DNA of 55,592 bases, counting the filler, from Barthelona sp. PAP020 (Eukaryota): the NCBI GenBank assembly GCA_040182905.1. It is 3 parts of 3 records of this genome, joined end to end, with 100 filler letters (N's around TTAATTAATTAA, not from the genome) between each part and the next. Parts side by side here need not be neighbours in the genome. Positions count along the whole stretch, not along the records: positions 37,382 to 55,592 come from JARQWU010000228.1; 2 more parts are not named here. The stretch is one strand, 5' to 3'. The notes beneath the pieces are model-generated. The model did no database searches and was not told where the DNA came from. It worked only from the letters and a program-made list of their open reading frames with translations. A program made the translations under genes and the position numbers. Below, piece by piece: positions 38,721-48,925 of the stretch; position 1 is the stretch's first letter; each line of letters starts with the position of its first letter.

Positions 38721-41700
38721 ATGAATTATCACGAACAAACAAGCTTTGAAAGATTGATAGAAAGAAAAGTAAATGAAAGCAACCAAAGAAAATTAGTTGA
38801 ACTTGAAGATGATGGAAATGGTAATAAATCTTCGCCAATAGGACAACTTAATGGAAGTATGATACAATTAAATGATTTAGAAAAGTTGATATTACGCCAT
38901 CACAATTTAACAAATGTTACACCTTTGTTTGATTTGACAAAACTCTCTTATTTGGAAATTTCTCACAATAAAATTAGTTTAATACATTCGTCGATTGATC
39001 GATTATGCAATTTGAAACATTTGGATATTTCGAACAATTACATTGAAAATTTACCACCATTAAAATTGAAGAAATTAGAGCTGTTAGATATTTCTAACAA
39101 TAGATTAAGTGATTTAAATAATTTGTATAAAGCAATAAAGACGTTGCCTAGACTGCAATTCTTATTCTTGGAAGGAAATCCAATTTTTTCAGATATAACA
39201 TATCGAAGATATTGTGAGATGTTTTTTACCATTTATATTCCTTCTTTAGAGCAATTAGATGGCCATAATGTGAAAGATAAACGTATTAAGGCTAAAGAAA
39301 GATTTATAGGGAGTGAATTGATTCGACTACAAGAAGAAATTCAACATAAAGATATTGAAAACACACGGTTAAACAATGTGATTGAAGCTATTTCGACTGA
39401 GAATAAAGAGTTAAAGGAAGAATTGGAAAACATCATTTCCCTTTGTGAACAAAATGAAGAAACTAACAAACAGCACGAGAAAATATTACGCACAAAAGAT
39501 TCTTTAATTGAAAGTAAAGAGAGGGCTATAGTTGACTTGATTGAACAAAAACAACGTTTAGAGTTTGAATTGGAGCGTTTAAAAGAGGAAATTTTATTTG
39601 GTGAATATCATGAAAAAAAGTCTGGTGAGATTCGTTTTGAAAACTTTACCCCTTTTACAAAAAAGAATTTAATGGCAGAGGAAACTGAAAGTAAGAAACC
39701 CAATGAAATGCACGTCGCTTCTGTTGAAGATCGTCCAGAAAAATACGAAAACTTTGCTAAAACTATTTATTCCGACTTAGATATGCTACAAAGAATTGCT
39801 AACGATTATTTAAACGATGATGTTGAAATCGTTGCTGATGATGTTGAAAAACGTTCAACAGATGCAATTGTGAATGATATTCTTGAAAATGAACGAGAAT
39901 TATTTGCAAGAGAAGCTTTCAAAGAGAAACAAAGTTTACTCGAAGAAATCGACAGAATTAAACGTGAGCGTAATGTATATGAAGATGAGATGAAGCAAGC
40001 ACAATACAAAATGATAGAGATGGAAGAAAGTCTCAATAAAAGAGCTGAAAGTATCATTGATTTGGAAAATAAAGTGAATCAACTGGATGAAATGGACAAA
40101 AAGCGTGAATTTGAAAAGGAAAGGTTGGTTGAACAATTTGAACAGTTATGTAATCAAATTGGTATTTTTGATGATAATCAGATTGATAAGAGTGCTGATT
40201 TGAATGAAAAATTGCAAATTGGTGCAGCTAAGATTGAAGAAATAAAGGAACAACTTGAAGAGCTCAATCAAAAACAATTGGACAAAGAAAGAGAAATTGA
40301 TAGAATTAAGGAGAAACATGGTCTCCAAGCTGAGATTGAAAAGCAAGACTTACTTATTCAAATTGAAACTCTTCAAAATAAGGTTGATCAAAAGAATATT
40401 GAATTAAACAACAGTGTTGAACAGCACAGAAAGCAAATGTCTGAGTTGAGAAATATTTTGAGTGATAGAAATGAAAACTTGAAGTATTATGAAGGTCAGA
40501 TTGAAGATTTAAGAAACCAATTGAAACAACTTAAAGATGAAAACATTCAACAAGTTGATCTTATTGCAGAAAATCAAAAATTAAAACAAAATCTTTTTGA
40601 AAAGGAAAATGATTTGAATAAACAAGAGAGGCTCATTGATAATCTTACAAAATTAAATAATGACGCTGAAAACAGAAAACAAGATTTGACCAATGAAGTT
40701 AATTCATTGTTGAACGAACTTAATTTGTCCAAATCAAGTATCAGTAATATTGCGAAAGAAAATTCAGAGGAAAAACAAAGTTTACTCGAAGAAATCGACA
40801 GAATTAAACGTGAGCGTAATGTATATGAAGATGAGATGAAGCAAGCACAATACAAAATGATAGAGATGGAAGAAAGTCTCAATAAAAGAGCTGAAAGTAT
40901 CATTGATTTGGAAAATAAAGTGAATCAACTGGATGAAATGGACAAAAAGCGTGAATTTGAAAAGGAAAGCTTGCTTAATGCTGACAAACTGAATTTTTTA
41001 AATATTTTAGCCGCAAGAGAAGAAAGAATGAACAGTCATTTAGAAAATTTGAGAGTGGAAAATCAACTTCAATTGAACGAGCTGGAAAAGCAAAATGACG
41101 TTTTGCGCAAAACCTTGTTTGACAAATTTGGAAGCAGAAATCCAACACAATTTGAATATTTGAAGATGTATCTAGCACAAATCAATGATAGTTTGACCGA
41201 TATGAATGAAAAAACTGCACAAAAATCTCAAATTATTGATTTAGAAATGGCTTTAACAGAAAGGGACAGACAAATTAAATATTTGGTTGACAAATTAAGT
41301 TATTTTGAGCGTGGAAATCTTCAATCCAGCAAACTTCATTCTATGAATTCTGCTATCATTAACCCATCAATAACCTCTGCACTTGGAGGAAATACAACGC
41401 CTTTTCACAGTTCATATCATTCTTCTCATCCTGTCCATTCTAACAATCTCACCCATACCACAGCTTCCAGTAACTTCAATGGTGTTTCTAATGCTGATCG
41501 AAGAATTACTTTATCTAATTTACGTTTCCAAAGAATGGAAACAGTTAATCAGGAAAATGCACAAAGGCGAGAGAGTTTTGAAAATCCTGTTGCTCAAAAG
41601 TTGTTTGATGTGGATTCAGATCGAATTGCCAGTTTGGGAACCATGAAAAAGGCTACTCAAATTCCAGAAATGATCACAAAGGATAACGCATTGTCAAAGA

Positions 41701-41972
41701 GTGAATTTGACTTGATCAAAAAAGAAATAAGCAAGACAAAGAATCGGTTGGATGATTTATATGGTTATTTGGAAAATAAGAATAATGTGACTGTTTCAAC
41801 CAAACATGTAAGCGGTGTTTCAAATAGACCTATTCCTTTTATCACACCATTGAACACAAAAACATCATCAAGACAAAATACAATGAATACATCAAAGCGA
41901 TTTACTGGCGACCTTTTTGGCACACGTGTTGAGAGGCCAAATCAATTTGTGGGTTCTTTCAACAACATGTAA
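38721..41972 (+). CDS. Leucine-rich repeat plus long coiled-coil protein (centriolin-like architecture)
   Basis: LxxLxLxxN repeats and an LRRcap (GNPI...YR...IPSLEQLDG), followed by ~650 aa of coiled coil. Confidence 0.8.
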   Translation: MNYHEQTSFERLIERKVNESNQRKLVELEDDGNGNKSSPIGQLNGSMIQLNDLEKLILRHHNLTNVTPLFDLTKLSYLEISHNKISLIHSSIDRLCNLKHLDISNNYIENLPPLKLKKLELLDISNNRLSDLNNLYKAIKTLPRLQFLFLEGNPIFSDITYRRYCEMFFTIYIPSLEQLDGHNVKDKRIKAKERFIGSELIRLQEEIQHKDIENTRLNNVIEAISTENKELKEELENIISLCEQNEETNKQHEKILRTKDSLIESKERAIVDLIEQKQRLEFELERLKEEILFGEYHEKKSGEIRFENFTPFTKKNLMAEETESKKPNEMHVASVEDRPEKYENFAKTIYSDLDMLQRIANDYLNDDVEIVADDVEKRSTDAIVNDILENERELFAREAFKEKQSLLEEIDRIKRERNVYEDEMKQAQYKMIEMEESLNKRAESIIDLENKVNQLDEMDKKREFEKERLVEQFEQLCNQIGIFDDNQIDKSADLNEKLQIGAAKIEEIKEQLEELNQKQLDKEREIDRIKEKHGLQAEIEKQDLLIQIETLQNKVDQKNIELNNSVEQHRKQMSELRNILSDRNENLKYYEGQIEDLRNQLKQLKDENIQQVDLIAENQKLKQNLFEKENDLNKQERLIDNLTKLNNDAENRKQDLTNEVNSLLNELNLSKSSISNIAKENSEEKQSLLEEIDRIKRERNVYEDEMKQAQYKMIEMEESLNKRAESIIDLENKVNQLDEMDKKREFEKESLLNADKLNFLNILAAREERMNSHLENLRVENQLQLNELEKQNDVLRKTLFDKFGSRNPTQFEYLKMYLAQINDSLTDMNEKTAQKSQIIDLEMALTERDRQIKYLVDKLSYFERGNLQSSKLHSMNSAIINPSITSALGGNTTPFHSSYHSSHPVHSNNLTHTTASSNFNGVSNADRRITLSNLRFQRMETVNQENAQRRESFENPVAQKLFDVDSDRIASLGTMKKATQIPEMITKDNALSKSEFDLIKKEISKTKNRLDDLYGYLENKNNVTVSTKHVSGVSNRPIPFITPLNTKTSSRQNTMNTSKRFTGDLFGTRVERPNQFVGSFNNM
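39927..40969 (+). repeat. Exact 197-bp intragenic direct repeat (39927-40123 and 40773-40969)
   Basis: Identical base by base on reading; in frame with an offset of 846 nt. Confidence 0.93.
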
Positions 41973-42183
41973 TTTATTGATAAATATCTTAGTCATTTTC
42001 ATTTTAAAGTTTATTGTGCAATTAAAATAGAAAAATGGGTACTGTGGTTGGGAGTTTAATCAAAAAACCCAGTCAATATGTTGAAAAATAAAAGAAAAAA
42101 AATTTTGTTTTGAATATTTATAAAATACAAAAATTTCACTCATTTTTTAATGTTTTTCTTCAATTAAATAAAAGAAAAAATGA

Positions 42184-43532
42184 TCATAATCTTGTATGAA
42201 GTTCCACATGAGAAATAGTCCTTATCCATCTTTGTGGAGGTAAAGCACCTGGTGAATCAATTTGAACTTGTTGTAAAAACATACCACTTGGTGTTGAAGC
42301 TTCAGGACCCAATGCACTACCGCTACAGATATCGAAATAAGATACAATCTCATTTATCTCAAACAGTTCGAGATCGGAAACTTTCTTCGATAAACTCATC
42401 TTAACACTCAAAGTAAATTCACAACTTCTGTCAACAGTTTGGATTTTCCAGACACATTTCTTGATTGAGCTCACATATTCTGCCTTTTGACCAGTTGAAT
42501 TACTCAAAGCAAAAGATACGCTTTGAGTGGCTCTTGGAATGGGGAACTTGATTTCCACATTGTTGCAAACTTGATTTGGTGACACAATGAAGCGTAGTCT
42601 AATATTCAATTCTAACTTTGAAGTGCCATTATGTTCAATGAAAGCATTGACTTTCAAAGGATACTTATCTGGAGATAAAGCCTGATAGTTCCACAAAACT
42701 TTCTTGCCATCCTCACAAGGAACAGAGAATTTTCCATTTTCTAAATTACTTGAATCAACAGCAGTATGAATCAAATGGTTTTGAATCACTGGTAATCTTC
42801 CATCATCAATGTTAAAGGAGGGTTTTGAAAATGTCACGTTCAATAATGAGTTTGTCAATCCAAAACTTTTCATTTCTAAATATCCATTAGATGTTGAAGA
42901 AGAAATGTCCCCATTTGATTCACCAAAGAGTTGTAAATCTTCAAAGAGGCTTAAAAATAATTGACCCTCGGGAATTTTATTAGTGTTGATACCTATTGGT
43001 TGATTAGCAATTTGAGGATTCACAGTTCTTTGATTATTTGTGGATTCAGAAACAGAATGTTGATCAAAATCACTTTCAGGATTTGAACGAATTTTAGAAT
43101 GAATTAATGAAGTATTTGTTTCTTGAATATATCCAAAATCAATAATTTCTTCCAATATCTCATAAATTATGGATAAATTTTTTCTTAATAAAATTTCATT
43201 GACTCCACCTAATATATCACATAGAATGGTAATAATTCTATTCAAAATATCTAATCCTAAGAATGGAGAAATATTAAAGGGAGAAACTAAAACAAATACT
43301 AATTCATATTTTTGGATAAATATATAATTAATTCCATCAATATTAACACATGGTAATACTAATTTTGAAGAATTTTTAACATGATGGTGAAATATTGAAG
43401 CACTCTCTTCAGGTGTATCACGTCTATCTATCAAAAAGTTAGTTATTTTTTTTGTTCATAAAAAATATAGGTACATAATTTTGATACAACAATATCACCA
43501 AGTGAATTTAGTACAAATATTTGCGATATCAT
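42184..43532 (-). CDS. AP4M1: Adaptor complex mu subunit, most like AP-4 mu; exons 43532-43475 and 43427-42184, 433 aa
   Basis: Spliced start MISQIFVLNSLGDIVVSKLYRRD. Also NISP, LRKN--IYEILEEIIDFGYIQET and P-RWIR. Confidence 0.8.
43428..43474 (-). other. 47-nt GT-AG intron
   Basis: GTACCT...ACTAACTTTTTGATAG. Removal gives the conserved mu N-terminus. Confidence 0.9.
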
Positions 43533-43675
43533 AACAGAAATAAAAATGAAAAATGACGATATGTGGTTTTGATTTATTTTCTTTTTTCATTCCAATTCAT
43601 CTTTCAAACAAAATAATTGCAAATATCACAGACAAATGATTTATTTAACAAATAAATGATATTAATTACAATTTA

Positions 43676-46309
43676 TTACAATGATGGGGTATTTTTCTCA
43701 ATTTCTTGATTTGAATTGTCCAAAGCAGAAATTGACAAATTCAAAAACATTCCTAAAGCTTTTACTTCACGAGTCGCTTTTGTAATATCACCAACACTTA
43801 AAAAATGAGATATGTTATTGGATAGAGGATTTAATTTGCTTTCAAAAATGGTCTTCAAGGCTTGTCTCTCTTTATATAATTTGGTCACAGTTTCTTGTTG
43901 ACTTTTCAAGACATTTTCAAGGTCTTCGGATGGAGATTTACTGGAGCTGTTATCAACTTGATTTTTTTGATAGTTTTCTTTCTCCTCCAATGTGTTTTTA
44001 AGAGTTGTTATTTCATTTGCTCTTGTTTCTAATGTTCTGTCCTTATTTTCAATTTCACTTTCTAATTGATAAATTTCTTTACGCAAAGAACTGATCTTTT
44101 CTTCAACTTCTGTGGCAATCAATTCTTCAAGTTTATCTCCAATCAAATTACGTAAATCTGCATTTTCTCTTGTTAAATTAAATACTTGTTGTTCCAGATT
44201 TTTTTGATGTGCTAATGGTGTATCACTAGTTCCATTTTGTGTTGTTGAGAATGGTGTGTGTGGTAAAGGAGGTCTATTTCCGATGGGAGTGCTTACCCTT
44301 TGAGGTGCTTGTCCGATCTGAGGAGTCATCGGAACCATCGATTCAACCATTGTAGCACCGACGTCAACATCGTCTTCATTAATTTCTTCAGGCATATCCT
44401 CAATTTCTGCTTCAAGCACTTCCATATGTCTGGATAATTGTGTGGGATCTTTGGAACATTCCAAAATATAACTTCTTAACAAATGTAACTGTTTATTCTT
44501 CGATTCAAGCTCTAATTGATGATACACTTGATTGCTATCAAAAACATGAATTTCTTCTAACAATTGATAAATGGTCTCCTCTCGATCATGCAATCGATCA
44601 GTTAAAGCAACCATCACATCTCGCTGCTTTAACAACAAGCTCTTAAAACGATCAACCTGTTGTTTATCTGATTCAACAGCATTTCTTTCACGTTCAAGAT
44701 CAGCAAATTTTGTGTCGAACTCTTGTTGCATTCTGGAACGTTCCTCTTTCAAAGCCATTCTGAAACTGGTTGTATTTCTAACATGTTCACCACAAAGTAA
44801 TTGGGACTGCATCATAGCTATCTTTTCTTCTAATTTTCTTTTTGCTTGTTTTTCAACAAGGAAATCACGAGATCTTTGTTCAAGAGCTTCAAGAGCTGCT
44901 AACTTATCAGCTTCCGCTCTACGTCTCTGTTCTTCTAAATGTGTGACATTCTCAGAAGATTCATAAGTATGACTCATACCTACACCATGATTTTTATCCT
45001 CTTTTAACAGAGATCTAAGCCTTTTCAATTCTTTCTCATATTTGCGTATCAAACCAGCCTGATCAAGATCTTCATTAACAGTTGCTTTATTTTTAATATT
45101 CTTTGCACGGTTAGCGAATCTTAAAGTCGATAAACTTTCAAAGAATGCTTCAGCAGCAGGTGAGATCATAGCCATCATGGTTGTCTTACAGTTACCACCC
45201 AATGAATCTTGAAGAACTCGAGTTAATTTTGAGTCTCGATATGGAATGTAGTTGGCATCGGGATTGATCAGCGCTACGATTACCTTGCCTAAAGTCATCA
45301 AAGAAGTATTGATTGACTTGGATTCTTGCATACGAACACCATCAGCTCCTGTGGCTCTAACACGTTCCGAACCAGCTAGATCAACCAAATTTAACTTACC
45401 AATACGTATTGAATGTCTGTCCCCACCTTCATTAGTAACAGAAACCAATTGTCTTCGATGTTGAGAAGGTGTGTGACTTTGATTAGCCAAGTTCATCTCA
45501 TTTTCCCTTCGAATGGTTTCTTCTTCCTTTGAAGAATCAATCTTCTCGCTTTGTTCAACTACAATCATAAATATAGCATGAGAACGGGATGAAAAATCAT
45601 TCATAATGGTCTCTCCCGTTGTACGCCTATTAGCACCCTTTCTCATCAAGGAATAAATCTCTTCAGGAGTTTTTACAACCCATTCTGACAGGCCATCAAC
45701 CATAATTCCGCGTTGATCATTATGGCGGATACTAAGATTTGTTCTATCAGGCTTCAACAGGTCACTAATTGAATCGTTGTAAATTTGACAATATGAAGCA
45801 CGAATTAACCATGTAACACGGTCATTTCGAGTTTCGGAAATAATATTAAAAATCTCTTCAATAGAACGGGGAATAATACCCTGTTGTTGATAATTATTAA
45901 ATCCTTCCATGGTATAAGTCTTTCCGGTACCAGTTTGTCCATAAGCAATAACAGTACTGTTATAACCACACATTGTGGACAAAACTGCAGTTTTTGCGGT
46001 ATTTTCATATACATCAGTTTGAGAACTATCTTGTCCATAGACTTTATCAAAAGTAAACACATGAGAAGGTGTTAACTCATCATCAAATAAATTTCGACTT
46101 ATCGTAACAGCGTTTGTTTTCGAATCAGTGTGGACAACACATTGAAACGGTTCATTTTTGTTGAGTTCTCTTTCAAGTGGAGGTCTAACTCTCACAACGA
46201 CAGTAAAATTTTTTGAAACATCACCATGTTCAGATGAAATAAACTTTTCTCTAAGTTCCACAAGTCTATCATAATTACTCAACGAATGAACTGACCTTTC
46301 TAAGGACAT
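43676..46309 (-). CDS. Kinesin-like protein (N-terminal motor plus coiled coil)
   Basis: VRVRP, GQTGTGKTYTM, SSRSH, LVDLAGSER, IPYRDSKLT and TLRFANRAK. Confidence 0.95.
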   Translation of the reverse strand: MSLERSVHSLSNYDRLVELREKFISSEHGDVSKNFTVVVRVRPPLERELNKNEPFQCVVHTDSKTNAVTISRNLFDDELTPSHVFTFDKVYGQDSSQTDVYENTAKTAVLSTMCGYNSTVIAYGQTGTGKTYTMEGFNNYQQQGIIPRSIEEIFNIISETRNDRVTWLIRASYCQIYNDSISDLLKPDRTNLSIRHNDQRGIMVDGLSEWVVKTPEEIYSLMRKGANRRTTGETIMNDFSSRSHAIFMIVVEQSEKIDSSKEEETIRRENEMNLANQSHTPSQHRRQLVSVTNEGGDRHSIRIGKLNLVDLAGSERVRATGADGVRMQESKSINTSLMTLGKVIVALINPDANYIPYRDSKLTRVLQDSLGGNCKTTMMAMISPAAEAFFESLSTLRFANRAKNIKNKATVNEDLDQAGLIRKYEKELKRLRSLLKEDKNHGVGMSHTYESSENVTHLEEQRRRAEADKLAALEALEQRSRDFLVEKQAKRKLEEKIAMMQSQLLCGEHVRNTTSFRMALKEERSRMQQEFDTKFADLERERNAVESDKQQVDRFKSLLLKQRDVMVALTDRLHDREETIYQLLEEIHVFDSNQVYHQLELESKNKQLHLLRSYILECSKDPTQLSRHMEVLEAEIEDMPEEINEDDVDVGATMVESMVPMTPQIGQAPQRVSTPIGNRPPLPHTPFSTTQNGTSDTPLAHQKNLEQQVFNLTRENADLRNLIGDKLEELIATEVEEKISSLRKEIYQLESEIENKDRTLETRANEITTLKNTLEEKENYQKNQVDNSSSKSPSEDLENVLKSQQETVTKLYKERQALKTIFESKLNPLSNNISHFLSVGDITKATREVKALGMFLNLSISALDNSNQEIEKNTPSL

Positions 46310-46549
46310 TCTATAACAATAAATGTGTGATGTTAAAAAAAAAAATTAGGGTTCCAATTTCTTTGTTAATTTTACCCATTTCCATTTTGATTTTTTTACT
46401 TATTTAGTGGCAAACATTGATTAGGTAGATTTCAACTTAATAAAAACACAAATTAGGAGAAAATATTCAAATTTCAAAGAGCCATCGAATTTTCCTTTTT
46501 AAAATGAAGATCAATTGATTCATTTTCCATAATAAAAAATAATTTAAAT

Positions 46550-47159
46550 TTATTCAGGGATTAATTTTCCGCCAGGAAGAAATTCTTCCAAACCCTTCAA
46601 AACACCTGCATTTTCAAGTCTAGCTTCCAACCAATTTGTTGGAAAATCGTCTCTATTTCCTAATTCTTCAAAACCAACAATACGTTCATTGGTAATACCA
46701 TCAACAAACATACATACACAAGGTAAAACTCGAATTTGCATTTTTGCAACAAAAAATGGAGCTGCAGATGCATGAATTCTGCAAAATTTTGTACAAAACC
46801 ATTTTTCGGCCAATATTCCTAAATGTTTGTCCATAATGGCACAACGCTCAAATTCTGGTTCATAAAAATGAACAACACAATACTTTGAATCTGTTACAGC
46901 TGGTAAAAATCCGTCTTGATCGATTGTAAGATATTGGCCATGTCCTTTACTTGTAAATTGATTTAAAAAATCCCTCCTATTACATTAGAAACAAATAAAA
47001 TGTGAAATATTACTGTGCTTTGATCATTGAAAGACGTTGTTGTTTTAAAGCAATCCACATATCATCATCGTTATCATCTCTTAATAAATCCTCTAATTCT
47101 GAGTCCAATTCTGAATCAGATTCATTATTTGGTTCTTCAATGTATGTGTTGGTCAACAT
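46550..47159 (-). CDS. TXNDC9: Phosducin-like protein 3 / TXNDC9; exons 47159-47014 and 46976-46550, 190 aa
   Basis: GHGQY, VVHFY--EFERC-IMDKHL, APFFV-K--IRVLP and IVGFEELG--DDF. Confidence 0.9.
46977..47013 (-). other. 37-nt GT-AG intron
   Basis: GTAATA...CTAATGTAATAG. Removal restores the frame. Confidence 0.9.
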
Positions 47160-47343
47160 GAAGTGTCAAAAAAAAATTTAACTCTTTAGCGCTCAAAGAC
47201 CTTTATAACTTTACAATCTCTTTAGTGAGGTTATTGATCAAGAGGACAAAATCTATGTGCTTCATGGAATTTAATATCAACAAACCAACTGTTTTGTTTT
47301 GAAATAAAAAAAAATTGATATATAATAACATTTATTTTTAAAA

Positions 47344-48759
47344 CTATGATCTCTGTGAAAATTCAGCAACATAAACAATAACTGCATCGGAGGGAACAAG
47401 TAAAGAAAGATTATGTCTTCCTTGAACAACCGTAAATCCTCTTTTCAAACATTTTTGATGGAATTTTGAAGAAAACAGATATTTTAATTCTGGACATTTT
47501 GCAGGTTTTTTAATGTTTACCAAAGCTATACCAACCCTAAATGTTGAAGCTTTTTGAGGTACATTTAAAATATTTGAATATTTTTTCCATAAATCTAACA
47601 AATTGTTTAAGTTATCGGTAAATATCAAAGGATTCATTGGTTGTGATGGGTATCCATGGTATATGATATGTTCTAATTGTTCTGGAGGTAAAATGGAAAA
47701 CAAAAGCCGAACGGTAGGTGAAATCAACAATTCCCCGTCAATAAGCTTACTACTTGGTTGAATGGGTATATTTCGCATCAAATCTGTGTTGTAAACCTTG
47801 AATGATCGATGTAGATTAAAACCCTGGCGTTGAAAAATCATTGCCAATAATTTTCGATCAGATATATCAATTTGCATCTCTTGTAGAATGGTAACATTAG
47901 CATAATTCACATCTGATGGAGGACAACATGCCAAAATCTTCAACTTCTCAAAAACCTTATTTCTTCCTATTGATGGTGAAAGCATCACACTATTAGGTGA
48001 ACCTTTTAGTTTAGCTTGTTTACTTGATGCTTTTAAGTTATATTCTTTCCTGTTTCCAAGGTCAAAAATTGCATCATCACAATTGTCTTCATAAAATTGG
48101 GTTGCATCAGGAGCATTCATAGAATACTGATGCATTGGCGCTTGCTGATGTACTTGTTGATAATTTCTTAATCGACTCGGACTATTAATGGGACCAAAAG
48201 GACCATATGTAGCAGGTCCGTAATTATGTGGTGGCTGCATTTGATTTAATGGCTGAGGCCCATAATTTCCTTTATACTGTTCATCAAATCCTCCATTAAT
48301 ATGAGTAGGATAATGAAAAGGTTGATACTCGTACTGTTGTTGATAAGGATACTGTGTATGTGGATATGGATATGGATATGGATGCTGTTGATACTGATAT
48401 TGAGGATATGAATAGTGCGAGGCAGGATCAGGGAATTTTTTCGGTGAAGGCATTTTTTCATATTCAGGCATTTGCTTCGAAGGTGAAGGTATATGGGCAA
48501 TATTTTCACTATCTGTGGATGTATATAAAGAATTTTCGATCGTTGAATGTACAGAACTTGGCTCTTCAATGTCGATATCTGAAGTTTTACCTGTAACTTC
48601 AATATGCGGTTTTCTTTTTTGAACATTTTTCAATTTATTTGTTCCCAAAAGATTTACTTGGTTTTCTAATAAAGCAACGGCTTCACCTAAATTTTGTGCA
48701 AGAAATCGAGATTCTTCAGTTGTATCATCATCAAATTCATTAGACTCTTTTTTCATCAT
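47344..48759 (-). CDS. Hypothetical protein with P/Y/Q-rich region and possible degenerate PARP-like C-terminal domain
   Basis: 471-aa ORF from the first ATG. RLLFSIL---LEHIIYHGY and the terminal IVYVAEF echo the ART fold. Confidence 0.6.
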   Translation of the reverse strand: MMKKESNEFDDDTTEESRFLAQNLGEAVALLENQVNLLGTNKLKNVQKRKPHIEVTGKTSDIDIEEPSSVHSTIENSLYTSTDSENIAHIPSPSKQMPEYEKMPSPKKFPDPASHYSYPQYQYQQHPYPYPYPHTQYPYQQQYEYQPFHYPTHINGGFDEQYKGNYGPQPLNQMQPPHNYGPATYGPFGPINSPSRLRNYQQVHQQAPMHQYSMNAPDATQFYEDNCDDAIFDLGNRKEYNLKASSKQAKLKGSPNSVMLSPSIGRNKVFEKLKILACCPPSDVNYANVTILQEMQIDISDRKLLAMIFQRQGFNLHRSFKVYNTDLMRNIPIQPSSKLIDGELLISPTVRLLFSILPPEQLEHIIYHGYPSQPMNPLIFTDNLNNLLDLWKKYSNILNVPQKASTFRVGIALVNIKKPAKCPELKYLFSSKFHQKCLKRGFTVVQGRHNLSLLVPSDAVIVYVAEFSQRS

Positions 48760-48925
48760 TGTTTTCAATTGAATAAAATTGGGAATTTCACATGAAAAAA
48801 GATGATAACAAACAATTTAAAAAAGAAAGGATAAAAAAGTGGCAGTTTGTTTTTCTGGTGCCTCAATCATAATGCTGATTAAAATAAAAAAAAACCATTA
48901 AATGTCCAATTTTATAACATAAATA

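Noticed and set aside
48360..48385. (GGATAT)n microsatellite; also LGNT/LGNS repeats at ~51950-52030
   Set aside because: Simple coding low-complexity repeats (YPYPYP; LGNx).
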